Shown here piece after piece: positions 25,912 to 35,102 of a stretch of 64,000 nucleotides of DNA (within the stretch, counting starts at the first letter, position 1; every line of letters begins with the position of its first letter). This DNA is from an uncultured Mycoplasmatota bacterium (GTDB taxonomy: Bacteria > Bacillota_I > Bacilli_A > RF39 > UBA660): the NCBI GenBank assembly GCA_947649365.1, contig CANSRH010000008.1, forward strand, positions 1,795 to 65,794, in the 5' to 3' direction. A program made the translations under genes and the position numbers. The notes beneath the pieces were generated by a model. That model was given only the letters and a program-made list of their open reading frames with translations. It was not told where the DNA came from and made no database searches.

Positions 25912-26271
25912 ATGAGTCAAATTTATGAGAAATATGTGGCTTTAAAAGAGAAGAATAAAGAATTAATGTATTTGTTTCGAAGTGGAAATTTCTATATCTT
26001 TTTAGGGGAGGATGCAGAAAAAATTAACGAATACGTGGTTTTAAAAAAGACTCAGTTTTGTAAAGAAGCTTTGAAGTGTGGATTTCCAGTTTCAAGTTTG
26101 GATGCTTATCTTCGTATTTTTCAAAATCATGGATTGGATGTGAAAGTAGTAGAAAAAGAACTTGTTTCTTGTGAAAAGTTAATTGAATCTTTACGCAAAT
26201 TGGATTTGGATCATACGACTCCTATTCGAGCATTAAATATTTTGAAGGAATTAAAGGAATCATTAAAATAA
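25912..26271 (+). CDS. standalone MutS domain I-like mini protein (about 119 aa)
   Basis: ATG at 25912 after GGGGAGG. YEKYVALKEKNKELMYLFRSGNFYIFLGEDAEKI parallels the MutS N-terminal mismatch-binding domain (QQY..IK..HPD.LLFFR.GDFYELFYEDA). The C-terminal TPIRALNILKEL resembles the MutS C-terminal tail. Confidence 0.45.
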   Translation: MSQIYEKYVALKEKNKELMYLFRSGNFYIFLGEDAEKINEYVVLKKTQFCKEALKCGFPVSSLDAYLRIFQNHGLDVKVVEKELVSCEKLIESLRKLDLDHTTPIRALNILKELKESLK

Positions 26272-26299
26272 AGTCGTTGTTTAAAGGAAGTATGTTATA

Positions 26300-26665
26300 A
26301 TGAATTCGGTGATTACGTTGACTTTGCAGGATAGTTATTTTTTATTTACAATGCTAACAATTCTTTTGACACGATTCTTTGTTTATATGTTTCCTAAACC
26401 AAGCCCTACCATAAAAAATTTTAGAACTCACCATTGGATGTTTGGGTTGGTGTTTACTATTTTTCTTTTTTTAATCAAAACGTTTTATACAAATATTTAT
26501 TTATTGGCGATTGGTATGGGGATATTTTTTGATGAAATAGGCTTCATTTTACTGAAAGGGAAAACGCATGAAGATAATTATAGTCCGTCATCTTTTATCA
26601 TATTGTTTTGCTTTCTTGTTTTTTTGTTTCTCTTTAGAGAAACGATTGTTCATTTTTATTTATAA
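26300..26665 (+). CDS. hypothetical integral membrane protein (121 aa, 3-4 TM)
   Basis: Hydrophobic ORF directly downstream of the mini-MutS gene. Confidence 0.45.
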   Translation: MNSVITLTLQDSYFLFTMLTILLTRFFVYMFPKPSPTIKNFRTHHWMFGLVFTIFLFLIKTFYTNIYLLAIGMGIFFDEIGFILLKGKTHEDNYSPSSFIILFCFLVFLFLFRETIVHFYL

Positions 26666-26738
26666 AAAAATTGAGAAGCTTTGTCGAAAGTGCGGAAAAT
26701 GGGTTTTGTTTTTGCTATTCTTCTATTGGTGAAATGAT

Positions 26739-26960
26739 ATGGATATTTATTATAAAAATGAGACACTTTATGTAGATGTTACGAATGATATTACTGTAGA
26801 TACAATGAATGTTTTGAAAAGACGATTGTTTCGTATTTTGGATGATTATGGGATTGATAAGATTGTGATTTGTATTTTAGGTCATTCCAATAAAGAATTG
26901 CTTACCCATTTTAAACGATTGTATTATCAAAATTACAAAGGGTATTTGATGATTAAGTAG
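26739..26960 (+). CDS. small hypothetical protein (73 aa), weak resemblance to N-terminal half of STAS/SpoIIAA-like fold
   Basis: ORF only; low-confidence similarity. Confidence 0.3.
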   Translation: MDIYYKNETLYVDVTNDITVDTMNVLKRRLFRILDDYGIDKIVICILGHSNKELLTHFKRLYYQNYKGYLMIK

Positions 26961-27158
26961 AAAATGGTATATTTTCTGTCTTTCTTAACTATATTAGTAG
27001 TAAAAAAAGCTTGTATCTAGGCAGTAAATTTGCTAAAATACAAGTGGCTAAATGAGTTAGCAAATAGACATGTTTAAGGGATTAAATGTATCGAGTGCCG
27101 AAGAGGTGATAGGTTTAAGTTGATCTTAGCAGATGTTTTAACGAAGGAGGAATAATTT

Positions 27159-28118
27159 ATGGCCGTTGTTTCTATGAGTTATTTATTAGAAGCAGGAGTT
27201 CATTTTGGACATCAAACAAAAAGATGGAATCCAAAAATGAAACAATACATTTTTGCTGCAAGAGATGAAATTCATATTATTGATTTGTCAAAAACAGCAG
27301 AAAAATTAGAGGAAGGATACCAAGCAATTAAAACAATTGCAGATAATGGTGGAACATTCTTGTTTGTTGGTACGAAAAAACAAGCAAGTGAAGTTTGTAA
27401 AGAAGAAGCCATCCGTAGTAACAGTTACTATGTAACTGAAAGATGGTTGGGTGGTACTCTTACTAATTTTAGAACTATTAGAAGAAGAGTAAAACGTTTA
27501 GAAGAAATCGAAGCGATGGAATCCAATGGAGTATTTGAAGTACTTCCTAAAAAAGAAGTGATTGGACTTCGTAAAGAATATGAAAAATTGAATCGTGTGC
27601 TATGTGGAATTCGTGAAATGAATAAATTGCCACAAGCAGTGATTATTGTAGATCCTAAAAAAGAAATTAATGCAATTCGTGAAGCAAGAAAGTTAAATAT
27701 TCCAGTATTTGGTCTTGTAGATACAAATTGTGATCCAGATGATGTAGATTACGTTATTCCAGCAAATGATGATGCAGTGAGAGCTGTTAAAGTTGTTATT
27801 GGTGTTTTAAATAATGCTATTTGTGAATCACGTAATTTAGAAATGGTTGATTATGTTACAGAAGAAGATAAAAATAAAAAAGAATTTAACCAAGAAGTGG
27901 TAGAAAAATCTCCTAAAAAAGAAGAAGTACCTGTTGTTGAAACAACGAAAGAAGAAATTTCTGTAAAAGAAGAAACTGTTTTGGAAGAACAACCAGTAGA
28001 AGCTTCTACTGATTATAGTAAAATGACTTTGACAGAATTAAAAGCAATTGCTAAAGAACAAGGTGTTAAAGGTTATAGTGCAATGAAAAAAGATGAATTG
28101 ATTGCAAATTTAAAATAA
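27159..28118 (+). CDS. rpsB: 30S ribosomal protein S2 with C-terminal extension carrying a Rho_N-like helical motif
   Basis: N-terminal [19 protein letters not shown] is the S2 signature. The protein is 319 aa against about 250 typical. The last 30 aa ([31 protein letters not shown]) match the Rho N-terminal/SAP-like motif. Confidence 0.85.
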   Translation: MAVVSMSYLLEAGVHFGHQTKRWNPKMKQYIFAARDEIHIIDLSKTAEKLEEGYQAIKTIADNGGTFLFVGTKKQASEVCKEEAIRSNSYYVTERWLGGTLTNFRTIRRRVKRLEEIEAMESNGVFEVLPKKEVIGLRKEYEKLNRVLCGIREMNKLPQAVIIVDPKKEINAIREARKLNIPVFGLVDTNCDPDDVDYVIPANDDAVRAVKVVIGVLNNAICESRNLEMVDYVTEEDKNKKEFNQEVVEKSPKKEEVPVVETTKEEISVKEETVLEEQPVEASTDYSKMTLTELKAIAKEQGVKGYSAMKKDELIANLK

Positions 28119-28142
28119 ATTTTAGGAAAAGGAGTGTGTGTT

Positions 28143-29024
28143 ATGGAAATTAGTGCAAGTATGGTTCGTGATTTACGTGAAGCTAGTGGAGCAGGTATGA
28201 TGGATTGCAAAAAGGCTTTGTCTGAATGCAATGGCGATATGGAAGCTGCTATGGATTATTTGCGTGAAAAAGGAATTGCGAAAGCAGAGAAAAAAGGAAG
28301 CCGTATTGCAGCAGAGGGACTCGCTAATATTTTTGTTGAAGGAAATAAAGCAGTGATTTTGGAAGTGAATTCTGAGACTGATTTTGTTAGTAAAAATGAA
28401 GAATTTACTACTATGATTGAAGTAATTGGTACTGCTATTTTGAAAAGCGATGTTACAACTTTAGAAGAAGCATTGCAAATTTCTTTAGAAGAAGGAACGA
28501 TTTCTGATTTAATTGTAGCTAAGACAGCTAAAATTGGTGAAAAGTTATCTTTGAGAAGAATAGAAGTTGTTCTAAAAGAGAACGATGAAGTATTTGGTTC
28601 TTATTTACACATGGGTGGTAAAATTGCGGTACTCTCTGTTTTAAAGGGTGCAAATGAAGCTGTTGCAAAGGATGTTTCTATGCAATCTGCTGCTATGAAA
28701 CCAAGTTATGTTTTTACAAGTGACGTTCCAGAGGATGTTGTTCTTCGTGAACGCGAAGTGTTGAAAGAACAAGCTATGAATGAGGGAAAACCAGCAGATA
28801 TTGCTGAAAAAATGGTAGAAGGAAGATTGAATAAATTTTATAAAGAAATCTGCCTTGCTGAACAAGCATTTATTAAAGATGGCGATGTTAGTGTATCCAC
28901 TTATGTAAAAAATAATGGTGGAGAAATTAAATCTATGATTCGTTATGAAGTTGGTGAAGGAATGGAACATAGAAGTGACAACTTTGCTGAGGAAGTTATG
29001 AATCAAGTAAATGGAACGAATTAA
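28143..29024 (+). CDS. tsf: translation elongation factor Ts
   Basis: EISASMVRDLREASGAGMMDCKKAL is the UBA-like N-terminus of EF-Ts. ATG at 28143 after AAGGAG. Confidence 0.85.
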   Translation: MEISASMVRDLREASGAGMMDCKKALSECNGDMEAAMDYLREKGIAKAEKKGSRIAAEGLANIFVEGNKAVILEVNSETDFVSKNEEFTTMIEVIGTAILKSDVTTLEEALQISLEEGTISDLIVAKTAKIGEKLSLRRIEVVLKENDEVFGSYLHMGGKIAVLSVLKGANEAVAKDVSMQSAAMKPSYVFTSDVPEDVVLREREVLKEQAMNEGKPADIAEKMVEGRLNKFYKEICLAEQAFIKDGDVSVSTYVKNNGGEIKSMIRYEVGEGMEHRSDNFAEEVMNQVNGTN

Positions 29025-29037
29025 TTCCTAGTTAGAA

Positions 29038-29070
29038 TGTCAATGAGAATCACTCATTGGCATTTTTTTG
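29038..29070 (+). terminator. rho-independent terminator of tsf (UGUCAAUGAG-AAUCA-CUCAUUGGCA + U-run)
   Basis: 10-bp stem with one G-U pair followed by TTTTTTT at 29064-29070. Confidence 0.6.
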
Positions 29071-29127
29071 ATTGAAATAAAATTAAATGTAAGATAAAAT
29101 TGTAATAGAAAATAGAGGAGAGATGAA

Positions 29128-30430
29128 ATGAAAAAAGAAAAGAAAATCCTCCCAACCAGTCGAATTCGTCTGGGGGGGGGGTATATTAAGTAAACCAGAA
29201 GGATTAGAAAGGTTTAGTAAAAACAAAAGAAACAAGAAAGTAGTACTTGGTTCTATATTAGGGATATTCATAGTACTAGGAAGTATAACACTATACAAAA
29301 CATTTGCTTTATATAAAGAAGAAAAGACATTTAATGTAATTAGAGGTCAAGTCCCAGAATTTCAAAGGATGGATATAGAACTACTATCATTTACATTGGA
29401 TGGAAAGAATATAGAAACAGCGCCAAGTAAGGGAGCGTATGATGTAAGTATAACATGTAACAATGGAGCAGAAGGATATTGGGATTATGAAGAATGGGGA
29501 GTAGAAATAAAAAACATAACCAAGCAAACAAAATGTAATATAACATTTACTACAGGGAAATATTTTAGTGAGTATATAAAAGATATAAGTAAGAGTAGTA
29601 GTAATGTAGTAAAGGTAAGTCATGAAAAAACAGAACAGACCCCAGCATTAGAAGATTATCGATATGTTGGATCTAACCCAGATAATTATGTCTATTTTGG
29701 ATGTAGTGAGAATTGTACGGATGATAATTTATATCGAGTGATTGGAGTCATCCCAACCCAAAGTACTATGGATGGAGAATATGAAAATCGAGTAAAACTG
29801 GTTAAAGATAAGTATTATACAGAAAATGAAACTGGATATCTAGAGAATGAAAATAGATATGAATACAATAGAGATACAGGGAGCAATAGTTGGTCAGAAA
29901 GTCCAATAAATAAAAAAGTATTAAATGACATATTTTGGAATTCTTTAGGAGAATATCAAGGGTATATAGAGCAAGCCAAATGGTATTTGGGAGCTCCACT
30001 TGGTGATGATGCTTCGATTTATACTTCAGACAACTTATACAATTTAGAAAGAAGTACAATTAGAGGAAAAAGTGGTGGAGCAATATCCTATATAAATAAT
30101 ATAGGATTAATACATCCAAGTGATTTTGGTTTTACAGTAGAAAGTAAGTATAGAGATAAGAGTATTAATGCCAATCTAGAAATATTTACAAAATCTTGGA
30201 TGACTCGAGGTAAAATGACTATATCACCGGAATCTCATCTAGCTGCTACAGGCCAATATGGTACAATTCATTGGATAATATCAGGATCAAAAAGTGAATT
30301 TTTAAATTGCCATCATACAAAAGGAGGATCTGGTTCTTATATATATCCTACTTTTTATCTAAGTGCTGATGTACAATATAAAAATGGGGATGGAACAAGA
30401 GAAAATCCTTATTGCATAAAAAAAGATTAG
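29128..30430 (+). CDS. phase-variable (currently OFF) membrane-anchored protein; G10 tract at 29172-29181 separates the RBS/ATG/anchor from the 353-aa body (ORF 29369..30430)
   Basis: GAGGAG RBS and ATG at 29128 (frame 1) read MKKEKKILPTSRIRLGGGYIK* through G10. Frame 2 is open from 29132 through 30430 and contains the TM helix VVLGSILGIFIVLGSITLY. One G fewer fuses the two. The internal ATG at 29369 has no usable RBS. Confidence 0.6.
29172..29181. repeat. poly(G)10 homopolymeric tract (slipped-strand mispairing site)
   Basis: The only homopolymeric G/C run of 8 or more in a roughly 30% GC window. Located in the 5' coding region. Confidence 0.8.
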
Positions 30431-30497
30431 ACATTTTCTTTACAAATGTCTTTTTTTCTGCTAGGAAAGCAGTTGTGTTCTTGCTATACTTGTTTTA

Positions 30498-31100
30498 GTG
30501 ATTAATATGAAAAAAGTGAAATTAAAAAATGTTCTTCAATTCCTTTTGTTTCTTGTTATGATTTATTTTTTTATTATTTTAGGTACAAAGGATTTTCAAA
30601 CTAGAGTAGCAGACAATGTCCGTTTTTCTAATGATTATAAAGATATTTCTAAGAATAATGTTTATAAATATATGGGAGAGTATGAAATTTTGGATCTATT
30701 TAATGGCAAATCTGGAATTGTTTTTTTTGGATTTCCAGGAAATATTTGGAGTCATTATTATGCGGATTATTTAAATGAGGTAGCTATTTTGAATAAGATT
30801 GATACCATTTATTATTATGATTTTAGAAGAGATCGTTCTATGAATAATAAGGCTTATACGTATATCGTTAATCATTTGAAAGATTATTTGTCTCTTGATG
30901 ATTTGGGAAATATGGATATAAAAGCTCCTACTGTGATTATTTTAAAAGAGGGGAAAGTCATTTATTTTAATAATGAAATTGTTTTTTTAAAAGGTTTAAT
31001 TACTCCAGAGGAGTATTTTACAGATTTGAAGAAATTACAGTTGAAGAGTCGTTTTGATCAAGCGATTAAAGAGTATTTGAAGGAAGATATTCATGAATGA
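30498..31100 (+). CDS. hypothetical membrane-anchored protein (200 aa)
   Basis: N-terminal TM (LQFLLFLVMIYFFIILG) followed by a soluble domain (GIVFFGFPGNIWSHYY, possibly thioredoxin-fold-like but without CxxC). Confidence 0.4.
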   Translation: MINMKKVKLKNVLQFLLFLVMIYFFIILGTKDFQTRVADNVRFSNDYKDISKNNVYKYMGEYEILDLFNGKSGIVFFGFPGNIWSHYYADYLNEVAILNKIDTIYYYDFRRDRSMNNKAYTYIVNHLKDYLSLDDLGNMDIKAPTVIILKEGKVIYFNNEIVFLKGLITPEEYFTDLKKLQLKSRFDQAIKEYLKEDIHE

Positions 31101-31872
31101 GGAGACAAATAGTTATTTAGGTTTTGGCTATTTCTTTTTGTTTATTTTAGTTATTGTGGTTGTAGGTTCTTTTTTAGTGTATCAGGAGAAACACGAAAAA
31201 GTGAAAGAAGTTCAGGTTCCTATGATAGAAAATTCTGTAAGTGAAAATAAAAAATTAGATCGAACCAAGGATTTTATTTATTACGATAAAGAAGATTGGA
31301 TTGTAAAAGAATTGTCTCTTGCTTATAAGTATCCAGTTATTAATTTGGATAGTGAAGATGCAAGGAATGTTACAACTCGTCTTACAACTATGGTGAATCA
31401 AAAGAAATCTTCTTTGCTTCCCATGAGCGCTAAACCAGAAAGTGTAGAGTGTGCTTCTTCTTATGATATTTATCAAGCAGAAATTGTTGATTTTGATGTT
31501 TTTTCTTATCAAGATTATGTAACTCTTGTTGTTTATTCGTCTTTTTATTCTTGTGATTCAGGTATTTCTTCTATTTTAGAGATGCAATCGTATCCTTTTT
31601 CTATTACTACAGGAGAGCGTGTATCTTATGAGCAGCTTTTGAAAACCTATCGTACTACGTTTTCAGAAGTAACATTATTGATTCGCGATGCTTTGATGGA
31701 AAGTCAAACCTATGTAGATGGTGTGCCCTATATTCAAATTGATGAAACGATTTCTTTATTGGAAGAGAATAAGAATTATATTCTTTTTGTGGATGAGAAT
31801 GGAGAACTTGTTGTGAAATATATTGTCAAAACGAATGGTGTCGATTATAATGATACTATAAGTATAAGTTGA
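31093..31872 (+). CDS. hypothetical membrane-anchored protein (259 aa)
   Basis: N-terminal TM (YFFLFILVIVVVGSFLV) then an extracytoplasmic domain. Overlaps the upstream stop, suggesting an operon. Confidence 0.4.
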   Translation: MNEETNSYLGFGYFFLFILVIVVVGSFLVYQEKHEKVKEVQVPMIENSVSENKKLDRTKDFIYYDKEDWIVKELSLAYKYPVINLDSEDARNVTTRLTTMVNQKKSSLLPMSAKPESVECASSYDIYQAEIVDFDVFSYQDYVTLVVYSSFYSCDSGISSILEMQSYPFSITTGERVSYEQLLKTYRTTFSEVTLLIRDALMESQTYVDGVPYIQIDETISLLEENKNYILFVDENGELVVKYIVKTNGVDYNDTISIS

Positions 31873-31888
31873 AAATGAGGAGGAAATA

Positions 31889-32416
31889 ATGAATATCGAA
31901 CAAAAAATGGAAAAAGCAATTGTAGCTTTAGAAAATAAATTAATTAATATTCGGGCAGGAAGAGCTAATCCTGCTATGTTAAATGGAATTATGGTTTCTT
32001 ACTATGGATCGATGTCTCCAATTCAAAGCCTTGCTAATATTACGGTTCCTGAGGCAAGACAATTGATGATAAAACCATTTGATCGTAGTACTTTAAAGGA
32101 TATTGAAAGAGCCATCAATGAAGCAAATATTGGAATTACTCCAACGAATAATGGAGAAATTATTATTTTAACAGTTCCAGAGCTTACAGAGGATCGAAGA
32201 CGGGAATATGTTAAGCAAGCAAGAGATGTTGCAGAAGAGGCAAAAGTAGCTTTACGTAATATTCGTCAAGATGAAAATAATGCGATAAAAAAAGAAGAAT
32301 ATCCTGAAGATGAAGAAAAAATTCTTTTGAATGAAGTACAAGAAGCCATTAATAAGTACAATAAAATTGTAGAGGAGAAGCTAAAGGAAAAAGAAGAAGA
32401 ACTAATGCATGTTTAG
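31889..32416 (+). CDS. frr: ribosome recycling factor
   Basis: Typical RRF length (175 aa) and motifs (IRAGRANPAMLNGIMVSYYG, LTEDRRREYVKQ). Confidence 0.85.
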   Translation: MNIEQKMEKAIVALENKLINIRAGRANPAMLNGIMVSYYGSMSPIQSLANITVPEARQLMIKPFDRSTLKDIERAINEANIGITPTNNGEIIILTVPELTEDRRREYVKQARDVAEEAKVALRNIRQDENNAIKKEEYPEDEEKILLNEVQEAINKYNKIVEEKLKEKEEELMHV

Positions 32417-32437
32417 TTCTTTTTTTAAATAAAAAAA

Positions 32438-32466
32438 TTACAAATATTGATTCACAACATTTGTAA
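32438..32466 (+). terminator. hairpin TTACAAAT-(13 nt)-ATTTGTAA followed by T-rich tract; probable frr terminator overlapping 3' end of convergent gene
   Basis: 8-bp inverted repeat read directly. The large loop makes it marginal. Confidence 0.3.
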
Positions 32467-33799
32467 ATTCTTCTTTTATTTTTTCTAATTCTTCTTTTGT
32501 AGTTGCTTCAAAACGAAGGGTTAAATTTGGACCAGTATTGCTTGCTCGAACGAGTGCCCATCCATTGTTAAAAGTGATTCGAACACCATCAATCGCATTG
32601 ATTTGGTACTTCTTTTCTTTTGCGTATTCTAATACTTTTTTGGTAATTTCAAATTTTTTTTCATTTGATGTAGCTACTTTGATTTCTGGAGTTGAGACAT
32701 AGTGTGTAGTATCTTCTAATATTTCACTTAGTTTTTTATCTGTTTTGGATAAAATTTCTATGATTCTTAATCCTGCATAGATTCCACTTCCTAATGCGTA
32801 ATCTCTGTCATTAAAGAAGACATGCCCAGAAAATTCTCCTCCAAAGGAAAGATTTAGTTCTTTGGTTCTTGCTTCTGTGTAACTGGTTCCGGTCCGATAA
32901 CAGATTGGTGTACCTCCAAGTTTAATGATTTCATCTTCTAAAGATTTAGAACATTTTACATCGTATAAAATACTTTTGTTTTCTATAGTGGGTAATAAGT
33001 CTTTCACGATTAAAATCATTATTTGATCAGCTGAGATATACTTTCCATTTTCTAATACAATCCCAATGCGATCGCCATCACCATCGTAAGCAATACCCAC
33101 ATCTGCATTTGTTTTTAAGACAGTTTCTTTTAACATTTCCATGTTTTCTTCTACAGCGGGGTCTGGATGATGATTTGGAAATCTTCCATCGTTTTCACTA
33201 CAAATAAACGTTGCTTCTATGTTTGGAAATCTTTTGTGAATTTCTTTGGCAATGCAAGTGGTGGCTCCATTCCCTAAATCAATGACCGCTTTTACTTTTT
33301 TTGGACCCATGTGGATGTTTCTTTCCATGTAAGCATAGTATTCTAATTTAATATCTTTTTTGATTACTTTTCCTTTGCCACTGGTAAATTGTTTTGCTAT
33401 ACAATAATCACGGAATTCATAAATCATTTTTCCTCTAGCATTCGCAAGTTTGTCGAAAGAAAATTTGAATCCATTGTCTTCTTTAGGGTTGTGGCTTGCT
33501 GTTACCATAATTCCATACATGTTGTTAACATGTCTTGTTAAGTAATGCATGGGTGTTGTAATTTGGCCATAATCAATGACATTGCATCCGCTGTCTGTAA
33601 TTCCACAAATTAAAGCATTGCTAAGAGAAAAACTGCTTAAACGATTGTCTCTTCCTACAACGCATGTGTTTTCTCCTAATTTTTCTTTTAAATAACTTCC
33701 ATATCCACGTCCAATTTGATAGGCACTTTCTTCATCTAAGTCTTTTTTATAGGTTCCACGAATGTCATATTCTTTAAAAATAGATTTCTCTAGTATCAT
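32438..33799 (-). CDS. phosphohexomutase (phosphomannomutase/phosphoglucomutase family)
   Basis: IFKEYDIRGTY N-terminus, active-site TASHNP motif, metal loop DGDGDR, sugar-binding GEFSGH. Confidence 0.8.
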   Translation of the reverse strand: MILEKSIFKEYDIRGTYKKDLDEESAYQIGRGYGSYLKEKLGENTCVVGRDNRLSSFSLSNALICGITDSGCNVIDYGQITTPMHYLTRHVNNMYGIMVTASHNPKEDNGFKFSFDKLANARGKMIYEFRDYCIAKQFTSGKGKVIKKDIKLEYYAYMERNIHMGPKKVKAVIDLGNGATTCIAKEIHKRFPNIEATFICSENDGRFPNHHPDPAVEENMEMLKETVLKTNADVGIAYDGDGDRIGIVLENGKYISADQIMILIVKDLLPTIENKSILYDVKCSKSLEDEIIKLGGTPICYRTGTSYTEARTKELNLSFGGEFSGHVFFNDRDYALGSGIYAGLRIIEILSKTDKKLSEILEDTTHYVSTPEIKVATSNEKKFEITKKVLEYAKEKKYQINAIDGVRITFNNGWALVRASNTGPNLTLRFEATTKEELEKIKEEFTNVVNQYL

Positions 33800-33933
33800 A
33801 CAAACCGCCTCTTTCTATATTAATACTATAGCATACAAAATAAAAAAAATGTCAGATTGTAAAGGTGTTTACTTTTCGTTGACAATAAGGAGTAAAAAAG
33901 AGTATAGTTTTTATATAAGGAGTTGAGTATTTT

Positions 33934-34860
33934 ATGAATCATGATGAAATGCATGAAATTACTTTGAGTGATCTTGATGAAAACACAATAGGGGAAGCTT
34001 TGCAAAATGTAAGTGCAAGCATAGAAGAGGGGCATCAGCATTTAGAAAATTTACAAAATTTAGAATCTCCTGGTTTTTCTGAATATGAAAAAAGACAAAA
34101 TTTGCTTCAACAGCAAGCACAAGATATGTTAGTAGATATTCGTTCTTTTACCAATGAGGCTATCGAAGAAAGAACTTATATTTCAGAGGAACCTAGGGAA
34201 GAACCTTCTATTGTTGTTAAAGATGAGAAAGAAGAACAAAACGTTAAAAAAATAAATATCCCTCCTTTGGATGTTGCTTCTTTAAAAAAGCAAATTTATT
34301 CTTTTGGCTATCAAAAAAGTGTTGTAAAGGTGGTACTTTCTAATGTACGAAAGATGAAGAGAGTCGTGAAGAATCATTTTGCAGTTTTTGCAGTTTCTAT
34401 TGGACTTATAGGAAGTGTTACTCATGTTGCGGGGATAAATGCTCTTGTTCAAGATGTTATTGAATGGAGTCAAGAAGGAAACGTTCTTAAAGATGCCTTG
34501 GAGTATTATCGTTTGAATGTTTTTGAAGAAAATCGAAGTGACATCATGGTTCAAAATGAGCAACCCATTTATGAATTTTATATGAAAAATATGATTACTA
34601 GTCTTCATGAAAAATATGATGGAGATTCATTTGTTACTTGGTATTTTTATTATACTACGTTTATGAACTATGGCGGAGAATATGCTTTAAACAATAACAT
34701 GGTACAAATTCTAAACACTTATAATAAGTTCTATCATACTGATTATGTCAATATGGAGGATTTTTTAATAAAAAATGGGTTTCAAGATGAAAGTGAATTT
34801 AGAGAATATGTTACTTTGCAAATAGAGGCATGGAAAGAAAGGAAATCAAGGGGAGTATGA
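33934..34860 (+). CDS. hypothetical bitopic membrane protein (308 aa)
   Basis: Acidic N-terminal region, one TM (FAVFAVSIGLIGSVTHVAGI), C-terminal Y/N-rich domain. Confidence 0.4.
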   Translation: MNHDEMHEITLSDLDENTIGEALQNVSASIEEGHQHLENLQNLESPGFSEYEKRQNLLQQQAQDMLVDIRSFTNEAIEERTYISEEPREEPSIVVKDEKEEQNVKKINIPPLDVASLKKQIYSFGYQKSVVKVVLSNVRKMKRVVKNHFAVFAVSIGLIGSVTHVAGINALVQDVIEWSQEGNVLKDALEYYRLNVFEENRSDIMVQNEQPIYEFYMKNMITSLHEKYDGDSFVTWYFYYTTFMNYGGEYALNNNMVQILNTYNKFYHTDYVNMEDFLIKNGFQDESEFREYVTLQIEAWKERKSRGV

Positions 34861-35099
34861 AAGAGATAGAAACTGTTGTTTTAGAAGACAATAAGGAATA
34901 CGCCATTATGGATACGATTCCTATTGATGGTGTTAAATATATTTACATGTGCCAAGTAGATAATGCGCAGGCTTTGTGTATTCGAAAACTTTCTAGTGAT
35001 GAAAAGAATATTTTAGGACTTTCTAGTGAAGAAGAATTTCAAATGGCACTTCAAGCTTATGTTACAAAATATAAAAGTATTTTGACAGAGGAATCGTGA
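34857..35099 (+). CDS. DUF1292 (YrzB-like) family protein
   Basis: ATG at 34857 after AAGGGGAG. Pattern VVLEDNKEYAIMDTIPIDGVKYIYM..EEEFQMALQAYV matches the DUF1292 fold. Confidence 0.5.
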   Translation: MKEIETVVLEDNKEYAIMDTIPIDGVKYIYMCQVDNAQALCIRKLSSDEKNILGLSSEEEFQMALQAYVTKYKSILTEES

Positions 35100-35102
35100 T
35101 AC

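Noticed and set aside
29083-29298. 71-aa minus-strand ORF across the poly-G leader region
   Set aside because: It is antisense to the RBS/ATG/G-tract/anchor arrangement, which is far better explained as the 5' end of the phase-variable gene. It has no RBS and a low-complexity product.
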